DNA of 64,000 nt, taken from positions 35,867-99,866 of IMG/VR virus record IMGVR_UViG_3300035670_000086; one strand, written 5' to 3'. This stretch comes from a virus. Made by a program: the position numbers and the translations under genes. Below the pieces are notes generated by a model. It was not told where the DNA came from, made no database searches, and saw only the letters and a program-made list of their open reading frames with translations. Numbering within the stretch: the first letter of the stretch is position 1; every line of letters starts with the position of its first letter. Shown here in pieces: positions 28,616 to 39,048 of this stretch.

Positions 28616-29635
28616 TCATAAGAAGAATATTCTCCATATTATAGTTAAGTTTGAGTAGTTAGTTAACCCTGCATCAGACCCATTATCACTAATTCCTACT
28701 ATATTTTTATTAAAAGTTTTCTTGCTAAAAAGTTTATAATCTAAAACATTGGTATACGGGTGGAATGAGTACGGGGGAGTTCTTCCTGCCGATAACATGG
28801 ACTTAGTGTTTAATCCCCATAACCCCATTTGAGTTATACCCCCATACATATTAGCCACATTCGCGTCACCACTAGCTATGGTAATTTGATATATAATCTC
28901 TCCTGTAGATGAGAAAGTGGCTGTTGAAGAAGTAACTAAACCACTTAATGGATCGGTGCTTGATGTGGTAGTTACGAATCCTCGCCAATCCATAGATGAT
29001 ACAACATTAAAATTACTGCTTGTAGTAGTTGTTGCAACTACAGAACTATTAGTATAATTAACTAAAAGTAATGTAGTAGTTGTGGATCTAGGCCAGCACC
29101 CAGCCCTTATATACCATCTAGCTTGCTGTGTCCCTGTATACAACTGTGCATAATAATTATAAACATTAATTAATTGCCCAAGTTCAGCTAGTGCGGATAA
29201 TGCAGAAGTTACATTACCTAGGGAATCAAATGTACCGCTCCCTATACTTAAATATGAAGATGGTATTATTTCTAATTTAGTATCATATGGAGTAGGATAT
29301 TTTGGTAGAAAATTCGTAGGGGTGTATGACGATACCACAGAACCTACAAGACCCCAAATTTGTCCATTACTCTGCCCAGACACCTGTAATGGAGATATAC
29401 CATGAGCGTTGTGTGCATATGATGATGCATCTTTTCCAAAGGACACTGCCCGTATGGTATAATTTGAGGCATCATATATAGCAGATGCTGATGCAATACC
29501 TGATCCCTCTAAAGGGAGTGTCATTAGATCAACAATCATCTCACCACCACTATCGACAATTAAGTTATTAGACGCTTCCACTAACTCCTGCTGTGGAGTG
29601 CCGTAATCCTTATAAACTTCTACATAACCTCTCAT
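28616..29635 (-). CDS. Baseplate/tail-collar-type structural protein (paralogue)
   Basis: GYVEVYKDYG, NNLIVDSG, QMGLW, LFSKKTF, LTIIWRI. Confidence 0.6.
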   Translation of the reverse strand: MRGYVEVYKDYGTPQQELVEASNNLIVDSGGEMIVDLMTLPLEGSGIASASAIYDASNYTIRAVSFGKDASSYAHNAHGISPLQVSGQSNGQIWGLVGSVVSSYTPTNFLPKYPTPYDTKLEIIPSSYLSIGSGTFDSLGNVTSALSALAELGQLINVYNYYAQLYTGTQQARWYIRAGCWPRSTTTTLLLVNYTNSSVVATTTTSSNFNVVSSMDWRGFVTTTSSTDPLSGLVTSSTATFSSTGEIIYQITIASGDANVANMYGGITQMGLWGLNTKSMLSAGRTPPYSFHPYTNVLDYKLFSKKTFNKNIVGISDNGSDAGLTNYSNLTIIWRIFFL

Positions 29636-32600
29636 CTGTATATGTCGATTTGTGTGTATTGATTAAATCCAGCAGACTTAGTGTTTGGACCCCAGTCAGC
29701 ATGGTATCTGTAATTAATTCTACTGCCACCAGATGTTTCAAAAGTTCCACTTGTTATTGCGGCTTGTCTTGATGCCCTAGCAGCAGCTATATCTACAAAG
29801 TATCTATATGCCACTAGTAATTCTTCTGGAGTGTACCCTGATACATTAGTATTTATGGTTAAATCCTTGGCAGACACAGAATCTAATATTGTATAAGTGT
29901 CCCCCGTGTCATCGGGCAACATAAACACTTCTATTGTGTACCCTTGATTTTTTCTATGTACTTGTTGTCCTATAACTGAATAATAGTTTGGTATACAGAT
30001 AGGAGGATTTAAAGTGTTGATTTTAATAGTAAAATCTTTAAATAAATCGGATACTAAGTTTTCAATACCAACCTTAGTTACTGAACTTGTTTCAAATACT
30101 TGATTTATACATGGGATACTAGACGCTACAACCGTGTCAGGTATTGGTTCTAACGGGAAAGCATACAAATGAGACAAGTCTTGTACTTTTTGTAAATTTA
30201 TTCCAGTTACAGGAGTTATCTCCCATCTAAAGTCTTTATTGTATGACCAAACATAACCTGCTTCTGGATCGGTGTGAATCCAAACACCTATAGCTCCACC
30301 GCCCATATTACCACCAGACTCCTTACCCATAAACGCCCGAACAGTAAGTTCGAACTGGTGTTCTGGCAACAAGAAGTTAGATGTTCCGTAGTTTCGTAAA
30401 CTAAAGCGTAATCTAGGTAACCCAAAGAAACTACCGGACTTAATTTTTATTAAAGGATTAGCAATTGAAAAGTTTTCTTGAGATTCTCTAGAGTCACTAA
30501 CATCTAAATTGTAAATAACAAAGTCGTTAAGTTCTGAATCCCCAGAAGTCTGGACGAACTCTATACCACTTAAGATATGAGGATTTCTAAATTCATATTT
30601 TTGGATGTACAGATCATTTAATGTGCTAGCGACATAAGTTCCTGATGGAGATCCTGATATGCTTAAAATTCCAGATCCACCACCGGAATTAAGATGAATC
30701 TCGCTACCTATTGTAGATGTTATCAAGGAATAAGTCTGTGCAGCCGACCCTGATTTATCAAAGAATCCGTTGAACAACAATGGCCCATACGCATGTGAGA
30801 TTACATTTGGACCGCCTGATAAATCTAAAATTTCCTCCCCTAAATCGTGACCCCCAAAGTCAGTCACATAACTCTTATATGTTGTATGAATTCCTCTGTT
30901 GAACTGGAAATCAAAGAAATCAGATATTGATGATGGGCCACCACTAGCGTTTGATAGATTTCTGGCTATGTCTGAGTAATATGCCGATGTATCATAACTA
31001 TTAAAAACAGTTTCATTTTGTAAAGACGCTGATGCTGTGGCGTATGATCTCTCTAATATTTTTCTATGTATTAATGGTATAATTGGATCCGCATCTCCAC
31101 GGGTTGAATATGCTGCACAAGATGAAACAAAATAATCAATACCACGGCAGGGGAATGTAGAACTAGTCGCAACACCATTAATTATTGATGTGGAATCTAA
31201 GTTCTCACATTTAGTGTAAACTTGTGGAATGCTACTGTAATTTGTTATAGAAACATACTTGCCTGCGGATGGTATGTACCCCAAAGGCATGTAGTAGTTA
31301 TAGTTTGGAACAGTTGATGGTGCTAGGTACGGAGGCATATTGAAGCCATCTCTGTAGTACCAACCATCTTTAGGTATTAGATTCTTTAGGCTTCTTCTAC
31401 GAACGGAGGTTCTTCTTAAGTTTGTTAGTGGAACAGTGCTGGTAAATACCGCATCAGAAAGTAGATTTACATCATTACGAGTAAACACTCTACCTAAAGA
31501 ACTCATATTCATTCCAGAGAACTCAAAACCACCTACGACACTAGAGACGAAAACATCGTCTTGTGGCATCACTATATCTGTACAAACCAATTCATTGTAT
31601 CCAGCAAAATCCTCGTCTGTAGCAATTAAATCAATGTTAGGGATCGCGTGCGCGGGTGTGAATAAGTTTGTAGCTCTTGCTACAGATTTTAGTCCTGTAT
31701 AAGATCCAAATTGGAATGAATCTGAATCAATATTAAACCCAGATGCATCTAGTAATAAATTGAAGTGGGATGATTTACCGTTCCAGAGAGGTAAGTATTT
31801 ATACCGTTTTTGATCAAGATTAGCTAATATATAATCGTAGTTTGGTGGTAAAATATTTTGAGATGTAAAGAACAACCAACCATTTCTAGAAGACACCTTT
31901 GTAGTTTCTAGAGTATTTTCCGTAATAAAAGTATACAAAGCATCAGCAAACGATTTTCTTACACCCAAGCAAACTAAACGGTCATAGAAGTAATCTACTA
32001 TTTCTTTTGTTATACCGCAGTACTTGTAAAACTTCTCCAACTCCCAAGGAGGAATATTTGTTATTCTTCCACGATATTTAAATACGAAATCAGAGTCTCC
32101 TATTCTAAACGGATTGTTCCCTATATAAAATTTATCTGGGAATAGTATTGCCGCTTTTCTGATGATATCATCGACAACAAATCGAATGTTTGTATCCATG
32201 TCATCATCAGAATATTCTTGAATGTTAAGTGCTTGCGCCGTTGATCTAGACCAAATATCAAAACTACTGAATGCTGATGTTTCTGTAACTAAAGCATAAT
32301 ATAGTAAGTTAGGTACATAAGATTCCCACAACTCTGAGATGTTAGCAGTTACAGTATCAGATGATTCATTATTGACACCAAATAGAGTATCTAAAACTAA
32401 TTTAAGTGCGTTCTTCGTGCCTTTTGCTTTATAAATAGCAACAGCATTTTTTAACTGCATTCTCCACTTATCAGGGTTAGGGCCAATTAATTCCCATCCA
32501 ATTATGTCAGCTAAATACGGGAGATATGTGTCAGGGCAATCATCTATGCTGTGTAATAACAACAAATTGCTAACTTGATCATTGATATCAAACATTCCGT

Positions 32601-33477
32601 AAGAAACAGCAGCTAACAATCTACGGAATGCTCCTGATGATTCTAACGATTGAGTAATATCTTCTGTAGCTAAATAATTTTCAAATGCAGTCTGTACTCT
32701 AACATCTTTTGAATCAGATAACAATGGAGAGTAAATAACATCTATTAAGGTTTCTAATTTTTGTAAAGACTGTGTTCCCGATGTAAACTTTTCTGTGCCA
32801 GACAAAAATGGGGTGGGAATGAAAGTTTGGAATAAGGAACAAACCCCGTAGTTCTTCCAGATATAATTTTCTAAACCTTTTATACCATCGTTTAATTTAA
32901 CAGTTTCACCATAATAAATTTTGTCTACTAGAAGATCTGCGACATATGCTGATGGTTGATATGCTAATCCTGCTGCGCCAGATAAGTTTAATAAGTATAA
33001 CCATGACATATTTTCTATCAAATAGTCATGAGCTTCGGCAGCAGTGGGAAGTCCAAATAAGTAATTAGGTGTGTTTAATCTAATATTTGGAAGTAGGGTG
33101 CTGGTTACATAACTTCTAAAGTCGGCACTAGTATCGAAATCTTTTAGCTTCTTATTAAGTGGTTTTAAAATTAATCTTTCAAAATCAAATGCGTCTAGTT
33201 TTAGTGGATTATTTTGTTTTATAAAATAACCAGCGATACCAGAAAATACTCGTAGCGCAGCACCTTCGGTCGTTCCAGATACATTGAATATGGTATTAAA
33301 ATTATTAGCTACATCAATGTGCGAATTTATTATTTGATCTATAGGAGATACTTGTTGCCCAAAAGTATCAATATCATCTTGCAAATAAAATTTGGGAGTC
33401 AATAACTCCAAAACTTCAATGTAATTTTGCTTGAAGTATTTTTCTCCACGATTCGCAAATTGATTAAAGTTAGCCAT
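29632..33477 (-). CDS. Baseplate wedge protein (gp7 / P2 gpI-like domain)
   Basis: IDDCPDTYLPYLADIIGW...WRMQLKNAVAIYKAKGT; directly after gp6. Confidence 0.75.
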   Translation of the reverse strand: MANFNQFANRGEKYFKQNYIEVLELLTPKFYLQDDIDTFGQQVSPIDQIINSHIDVANNFNTIFNVSGTTEGAALRVFSGIAGYFIKQNNPLKLDAFDFERLILKPLNKKLKDFDTSADFRSYVTSTLLPNIRLNTPNYLFGLPTAAEAHDYLIENMSWLYLLNLSGAAGLAYQPSAYVADLLVDKIYYGETVKLNDGIKGLENYIWKNYGVCSLFQTFIPTPFLSGTEKFTSGTQSLQKLETLIDVIYSPLLSDSKDVRVQTAFENYLATEDITQSLESSGAFRRLLAAVSYGMFDINDQVSNLLLLHSIDDCPDTYLPYLADIIGWELIGPNPDKWRMQLKNAVAIYKAKGTKNALKLVLDTLFGVNNESSDTVTANISELWESYVPNLLYYALVTETSAFSSFDIWSRSTAQALNIQEYSDDDMDTNIRFVVDDIIRKAAILFPDKFYIGNNPFRIGDSDFVFKYRGRITNIPPWELEKFYKYCGITKEIVDYFYDRLVCLGVRKSFADALYTFITENTLETTKVSSRNGWLFFTSQNILPPNYDYILANLDQKRYKYLPLWNGKSSHFNLLLDASGFNIDSDSFQFGSYTGLKSVARATNLFTPAHAIPNIDLIATDEDFAGYNELVCTDIVMPQDDVFVSSVVGGFEFSGMNMSSLGRVFTRNDVNLLSDAVFTSTVPLTNLRRTSVRRRSLKNLIPKDGWYYRDGFNMPPYLAPSTVPNYNYYMPLGYIPSAGKYVSITNYSSIPQVYTKCENLDSTSIINGVATSSTFPCRGIDYFVSSCAAYSTRGDADPIIPLIHRKILERSYATASASLQNETVFNSYDTSAYYSDIARNLSNASGGPSSISDFFDFQFNRGIHTTYKSYVTDFGGHDLGEEILDLSGGPNVISHAYGPLLFNGFFDKSGSAAQTYSLITSTIGSEIHLNSGGGSGILSISGSPSGTYVASTLNDLYIQKYEFRNPHILSGIEFVQTSGDSELNDFVIYNLDVSDSRESQENFSIANPLIKIKSGSFFGLPRLRFSLRNYGTSNFLLPEHQFELTVRAFMGKESGGNMGGGAIGVWIHTDPEAGYVWSYNKDFRWEITPVTGINLQKVQDLSHLYAFPLEPIPDTVVASSIPCINQVFETSSVTKVGIENLVSDLFKDFTIKINTLNPPICIPNYYSVIGQQVHRKNQGYTIEVFMLPDDTGDTYTILDSVSAKDLTINTNVSGYTPEELLVAYRYFVDIAAARASRQAAITSGTFETSGGSRINYRYHADWGPNTKSAGFNQYTQIDIYR

Positions 33478-35057
33478 TATACTAATACGATATTGATTGT
33501 AAAGTTGTTTAGTTGTATGATTTCATTAAAATCTACAACTACATCAGTATCTAGGTTATCCACAGTAGCAAACCTAACTTCTGGTATGGTAAATATTGCT
33601 CTGCTTAATTCTCCTAAAACTAATGTTTTTCCAAAATCAAAGTTATTGACATTGAAGAAATTCACTAATCTTCTTCTAATTTTACCTTTGATTAACTCTT
33701 CCTTTGCAGCTAAGTTTTTATCTATTCTAGCGGTTATAACTAAATCTACTGTTCTGATTACACCGTCAACAATTACGACCTCATCAGTAAGCATTTTCTT
33801 TTCCCCAATACTAGTTAGAATCTCTTGCTTAAATGGAATGGTAGCTTGTTGTAGTTGTAAGGGAGATGCTACTTGAAGAACATATATATCTAATATATTA
33901 GCAGAGCTATAAGCATCCCGTACCACTGCGCGAGCCTTACCTGTTGCCCCAGTTGATCCTATATACGAGTTAACAAAGGTAGAATAATCTTCTGCTGTAA
34001 CTAATCTATCTTGTCGTTTAAATGTTAGGGGGGCATAGCGTTTAGCGTGCTCAACTGTTTCTGCATCTTGACCACCTGTTGCTTGTGTGGTATTTTCAAT
34101 CGTAGCTGTATCTGCTCCAACCGTTAACTGAGCATTAATAATTTCAGCAGCTATGTTACCTCTAGTTCCACCGCCCACGCGATATGATACAGTGTAATCT
34201 GCATTGGCAGGAGGGATATTTCCTACCACCCCATCACCGAAAATAACTGTTGCGCCATAATTCTCATCGTAAGAAACTTCAAAATAGTTTTGTCCCCCAC
34301 CCGAGGCGAAGAATAAATTGTCTACTTGAGTCCAAGCACCAGAAGCTCCACTGTCTGTAGTTGTGATGAACACATTAACGCTTTTTTCTACAACAGGAGA
34401 TGCTGTTAACGGTATCTTTTTAATAATGTCTGTAGAAGTAAAAGAACCAGTTTGAACTACCAAAGCACCCTCTAACAACGCTAGATTTTGCCAGACGGAG
34501 CTTGCACTATTTTCTGATTCAATTCCTTCCAGTTGAATAGAAGCATCAGAACTCATCGGGCTTAATGCTCCGTTGATTGGTTCTGTTTTGTATAATGTAA
34601 AGTTTAACGGAGCACCATCTTCTGGAGAAGTTATTGATACTACTCGTTTATCAGGAGTTATTACCACCGGAACCGCTGTTGCAGGTGAATCAAAAGTTAT
34701 TCGTGCATTTGCCATGGAGGAGATAGGTCCCTTCATTCGCACTCCTATCAACTCCATTATCTTCTTTACATTGTTTCGATTCTTTGCAGTGGTTAAGAAT
34801 GTTTCATTTGCGAGCATGTCTGCCTTCATGGACATTACTGCACCCATGTAAGCGACAATCTCAATCAACATCATACCTAAGTCAGATTCCGAAAAGTTTT
34901 GATAATCTAATGGGTATGTTGCCTTGATATAGTTGATTAAAGCAGTCCGCAGAGAAACGAAATCTGTGGCTGCATAGTTTATATTGTCCGCTTTTTTAGA
35001 ATCAGGTAATTGAACTAATTTTAAGAAATCGGATTCTACTGTTCCATTAAATACCAT
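33477..35057 (-). CDS. gp6: Baseplate wedge subunit (gp6-like / baseplate J)
   Basis: DFVSLRTALINY, FSESDLG, FGDGVVG, YRVGGG..GN, GGQDAET, QDRLVTAEDY. Confidence 0.93.
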   Translation of the reverse strand: MVFNGTVESDFLKLVQLPDSKKADNINYAATDFVSLRTALINYIKATYPLDYQNFSESDLGMMLIEIVAYMGAVMSMKADMLANETFLTTAKNRNNVKKIMELIGVRMKGPISSMANARITFDSPATAVPVVITPDKRVVSITSPEDGAPLNFTLYKTEPINGALSPMSSDASIQLEGIESENSASSVWQNLALLEGALVVQTGSFTSTDIIKKIPLTASPVVEKSVNVFITTTDSGASGAWTQVDNLFFASGGGQNYFEVSYDENYGATVIFGDGVVGNIPPANADYTVSYRVGGGTRGNIAAEIINAQLTVGADTATIENTTQATGGQDAETVEHAKRYAPLTFKRQDRLVTAEDYSTFVNSYIGSTGATGKARAVVRDAYSSANILDIYVLQVASPLQLQQATIPFKQEILTSIGEKKMLTDEVVIVDGVIRTVDLVITARIDKNLAAKEELIKGKIRRRLVNFFNVNNFDFGKTLVLGELSRAIFTIPEVRFATVDNLDTDVVVDFNEIIQLNNFTINIVLV

Positions 35058-35058
35058 A

Positions 35059-35511
35059 TTATCCTATCTCCACTTCTACATCTATAATTTGATTATCCAG
35101 TTCTTCTACTTGAACATTTAGAATAACATACAAACTTTGAACACCTTCCAAATTAACTTTATTACTTGGGAATACTTGTAATTTAGTTACCGAAACTCCG
35201 GGAGCATATTTAGAAATAGCTTGTAGTATATCATCCCTAATATTTTGAACCGTAAATTTATCTAATGGTTCAAATAAATATGATTGCAAGTTTGTACCAT
35301 AATCAGATAACATAACCCGCTCTCCCTTGTTCGTCATTAAAAGTTGACGCAGATTATTTCTAACTAAAGTTACACCACTTTGTTTAGCAAAGTAGCCTTT
35401 TTTTGGAGTTATTGGTAATGGGTAACCAAATCCGTACACCTTTTTTGTGGTGGAGATTACATCCTTTTGGATTCCTATAGATGGTGATCTTCCGTAAATA
35501 GAGGTTGTCAT
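35059..35511 (-). CDS. gp25: Baseplate sheath-initiator (gp25-like)
   Basis: NLRQLLMTNKGERVM..DYGTNL..YLFEP. Confidence 0.93.
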   Translation of the reverse strand: MTTSIYGRSPSIGIQKDVISTTKKVYGFGYPLPITPKKGYFAKQSGVTLVRNNLRQLLMTNKGERVMLSDYGTNLQSYLFEPLDKFTVQNIRDDILQAISKYAPGVSVTKLQVFPSNKVNLEGVQSLYVILNVQVEELDNQIIDVEVEIG

Positions 35512-38147
35512 AGGTCTATATTCTTAAAGAATCCTTTCTGGGCGTTGAAGTTGCTTAGTGTTTCTTGAGGGGTTAATGCTTTTGCATAGAATTTAACACT
35601 ACCCATGTGCCCATTCAAACCACTACGAAGTCCAGAATCAGAGTTCATGAACCCTCCATAAGGTTTGTTTCCATCCGTGTACCCACCACCTAGAACCCAA
35701 GGTGTGAAATAATCATTAAGTTTTGGTCCATTTATATGGTATTGAGATTGTGTAGATGAGAATGAATACTCAAAGCTATTGGATTGTTTGAATGTAGGTA
35801 TCCCCGGAGCAGTAAACTGTTCATTTCCAAAAACATCAGGAATGGTGGAAGTAGCGACTAGAGTTCCATCAAAGCAGATACGAACTTCATTCTTTCTAGG
35901 TTCTACCGCGACACTGATCTGCATGAATTCGTCGCCAATAGAACTCACATACTTCCCAGTTGTTACTTGTGTTGATATAGGGACGGCGCACTTCAAAACT
36001 TCAAAACCAGATGCACACCCGAAAACACTAGCTTTATTTACAAAGGATACATCTGATGCGTTTACAGATCTAGTGGGAGCAATGAAGAACATTCCCGCAG
36101 ATGCTGCGTTCGCTGTTGTAGATGCACTTGGCTCTAAGTTCTGGGTTACCTGTCTATCTCTTGTAAACCCTATCATCATGCCTTTTGTTACGGTGCTGTT
36201 GTTAGAATAAGGAGCTTGATTAGCATTAATACTATCATTCAAACCACCAGTATTCTCACAAGCAAGCATCAGTCTGTAATAAGATGATACACCATATCCT
36301 GTTGCAGGTTCTACTGATGTAAAAGATCTACCTACTCCGGGAACATACGCCCATGCTTCAAAAGTGAATCCCTCTGGGTTATATGTCCAATCTTGGAATT
36401 CGGGATTGTCTGGAAGTAATCCAAAAGAACCAACTCCGTTTATAAATTGCATGCTATTGTATGTTGCAATTCCGGTAAACTTAGGAATACCTAATCCACG
36501 AGTAAACACACTTGATGGATTAGGACCGATCAAAATAGCATTATTATAATTATTTCCAGATGTGCAGTTTAGCACATTATACTTAGTGGATCCAATAGTT
36601 GCGACTTCACCATCTAAGAAATTGTAGATAGCAAACAACTTATCCTTAACAACTAAATCAGTTAAAGATAGTATTGTTGCCGTGCTTCCTATGCTATCCG
36701 AATCATATACAATAGCTCCGGTTCCAATTTCAGGAACCACTAAGTGAGACATTGTAATAGTGGATTGAGCCTCCGCTGCTGTTACGAACTTAGGCTTGAT
36801 TGGAAGCACAACACCAGAAACTTCAGCCTGTTGCAAAACTAATTTCTTTTGTTTCTCATAAGCAACAGCTAGGTTTAAATCTTTCAAATAAGAGAAGTCA
36901 TTAATTGGAACCTCTCCCTTCTTGAATATCGGACCTTTACCAAAAAGGTAAGGGGATTTAACTGCTACTTCTATTTGCTTCTTGCGACGATTCATCTTAG
37001 AATCGTAAGTAGCTGCTGTTGAGAATAATGATTGTTTTAAGTTAGAGATTATTGCTAAAGAATAACCATTAGCCGTAGCATCAGAGATCTGACCTGACAA
37101 ATCATAAACATGTTTTATTTTTTGATTTTTAATTACAGATAAGAAGTGATCAGCATCATACTGTTCTACCATTTCTTTCGTTTCATCAATTTTATTTAAA
37201 TCAAAAATAGTATCTACATTAGAATTAATTGACTCAACAGAAACTGCGAATCCTTTACCACCTAAATTAGCTGCTTGCTCAAACTTATATTTATCTTCTG
37301 GGGCTACTGAACCTGTAACTTCAGGAATTCCACCCGTTTGTGAGTCGTAATACAAACCATCAACTGAAAGTAAGAATTGTCCTTTTTTAGATTTAGGTGG
37401 TCCGAATACCAGTCTGAATATAGGCGCATCTTGTTGACCAGCATCGGATGCGACTAGCAATCCAGTTCCCGATACCAAGGCAGCGTTTACAAATTGAGGT
37501 TCTAATGAAGGATCAGCAAGCCTAGCCGACATTACATTTCTAGCGTTCTGTAAAACCTCGTCTGCTTCTTGTATAAAACCCAAAGCAGATTGAACCTCTG
37601 CAATTTCTAAAGCATATTGAGTTTCTACATAATTCGGATCTAGTTCTTTGGCTTTTAATGTGGATGGTCCTTTTTGAAGGTCTAAGAATGTTTTGTACGA
37701 TTGAATACAATCCCCGATACCTTCAATTACTTGTGCTGCGCCTAAGTAGTTCGCATAAAGCTCAGTACCTAATTGGGTAGCGTATCCAACAGCATCTGCT
37801 ATTGCACCTATGGTTTTAGATTCTGTAGCCGCGCCCTTATCCTGACCATTTCTACTATAATCGGAAGAAAATCTAAAAGTTCCGTTTTCCGTATTAATCT
37901 CAAAGATACCATTCTCTTGCAAGATTTTCTTTTTAACTTTGGCAATTTGGGATGATGCTCTATCTCTGCCTTGTTGTACTTTATCTGATATACTTAAAAC
38001 TGCATCGCTAGGCAATAATGCTAAAGCAGCACTCTTACCTATGTCTAATAGACACTGGGGAACTCCAAAGGCTGTACCTAAGGAATCGACAGGGCTTGCC
38101 CCCTCCCCATAAACTTTCGCTGCTGTTTCTAGATCAAAATAAACCAT
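35508..38147 (-). CDS. 879-aa baseplate-associated protein with C-terminal LamG/concanavalin-like domain
   Basis: GFTFEAW, ICFDGTLV, GLNGHMGSVKFYAKALT.QE..NFNA. Confidence 0.6.
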   Translation of the reverse strand: MVYFDLETAAKVYGEGASPVDSLGTAFGVPQCLLDIGKSAALALLPSDAVLSISDKVQQGRDRASSQIAKVKKKILQENGIFEINTENGTFRFSSDYSRNGQDKGAATESKTIGAIADAVGYATQLGTELYANYLGAAQVIEGIGDCIQSYKTFLDLQKGPSTLKAKELDPNYVETQYALEIAEVQSALGFIQEADEVLQNARNVMSARLADPSLEPQFVNAALVSGTGLLVASDAGQQDAPIFRLVFGPPKSKKGQFLLSVDGLYYDSQTGGIPEVTGSVAPEDKYKFEQAANLGGKGFAVSVESINSNVDTIFDLNKIDETKEMVEQYDADHFLSVIKNQKIKHVYDLSGQISDATANGYSLAIISNLKQSLFSTAATYDSKMNRRKKQIEVAVKSPYLFGKGPIFKKGEVPINDFSYLKDLNLAVAYEKQKKLVLQQAEVSGVVLPIKPKFVTAAEAQSTITMSHLVVPEIGTGAIVYDSDSIGSTATILSLTDLVVKDKLFAIYNFLDGEVATIGSTKYNVLNCTSGNNYNNAILIGPNPSSVFTRGLGIPKFTGIATYNSMQFINGVGSFGLLPDNPEFQDWTYNPEGFTFEAWAYVPGVGRSFTSVEPATGYGVSSYYRLMLACENTGGLNDSINANQAPYSNNSTVTKGMMIGFTRDRQVTQNLEPSASTTANAASAGMFFIAPTRSVNASDVSFVNKASVFGCASGFEVLKCAVPISTQVTTGKYVSSIGDEFMQISVAVEPRKNEVRICFDGTLVATSTIPDVFGNEQFTAPGIPTFKQSNSFEYSFSSTQSQYHINGPKLNDYFTPWVLGGGYTDGNKPYGGFMNSDSGLRSGLNGHMGSVKFYAKALTPQETLSNFNAQKGFFKNIDL

Positions 38148-38148
38148 G

Positions 38149-39048
38149 TTAATTTAAATAAATTTTATTCCCACTTATATCTATATCCCCACCTGTAGAT
38201 TGCATAATAATTCCATTACCAGCGGTCATAACAATTGTATCACGAGCGTTTATTACAACATCACCGCCCTCTCCGTTAGATTCTAATCTAATTTCTTGAT
38301 TCTGTCCTGTGGCTACAATATTAACATCCCCATTTTTTGAAAGTATATTAATATTACCAGTCCTAGAATCATTGCCTGCTCCAGAACCTAGGCCAGACTT
38401 GTTCTCTATATTTATGGTTCTACCATTAATTACGGTTAAATCTAAGTCGCCTTGTTGTGATGTGATTGATACATTACCTGTAACTTGTACGGAAAATGAT
38501 GCTGGACCACCCATAGCCGTCTGGTCAGCCATGCTATTTTCAGTAAGAACTAACATGGCATTGTTTGTTGAGTTGCCGAGAGTTATTGTGCCTGTGGAAT
38601 CATCTAACGATAACCTCATACCTCTGCTAGTCTCTAAGTGTGTTCCAATGTAAGAGCCATCTGGGTTGTATCCATCAGAAAGCATTATCTTATTTCCTTT
38701 AGGAGAGCTAAAAATATAAGCCTGAGGTACAACCCCTCGAAACCTGTAAAGGTCATTAAATGGGTTTTTTACACCCTCATCAATAACCTTGCCCTCACCC
38801 GCACCATCTGCAAAGTTATTCTCGATTATGGACCCTAAGTAATACCAATCGTTTTTATTAGCAGGCTTACAAATCAATACATCCGTTCCAACTTCAGGAA
38901 TCGCCATGAAACCTATATTGTTAACAGTTGTAAAAGGAGAAACATATTTAATTCCAATCCCTAGTGGATACTCATCCCAAGCAACAGTAATTCTACCTGA
39001 TTTAAATAAATCTATATTAGATCTAACATTCCCTACTTTAATCTCCAT
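38149..39048 (-). CDS. gp5: Baseplate central spike (gp5/VgrG-like OB fold plus beta-helix), no lysozyme domain
   Basis: D..KSGRI.V, GFMAIPEVGTDVLI, YYLGSI, C-terminal beta-strand repeats ending GNKIYLN. Confidence 0.8.
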   Translation of the reverse strand: MEIKVGNVRSNIDLFKSGRITVAWDEYPLGIGIKYVSPFTTVNNIGFMAIPEVGTDVLICKPANKNDWYYLGSIIENNFADGAGEGKVIDEGVKNPFNDLYRFRGVVPQAYIFSSPKGNKIMLSDGYNPDGSYIGTHLETSRGMRLSLDDSTGTITLGNSTNNAMLVLTENSMADQTAMGGPASFSVQVTGNVSITSQQGDLDLTVINGRTINIENKSGLGSGAGNDSRTGNINILSKNGDVNIVATGQNQEIRLESNGEGGDVVINARDTIVMTAGNGIIMQSTGGDIDISGNKIYLN

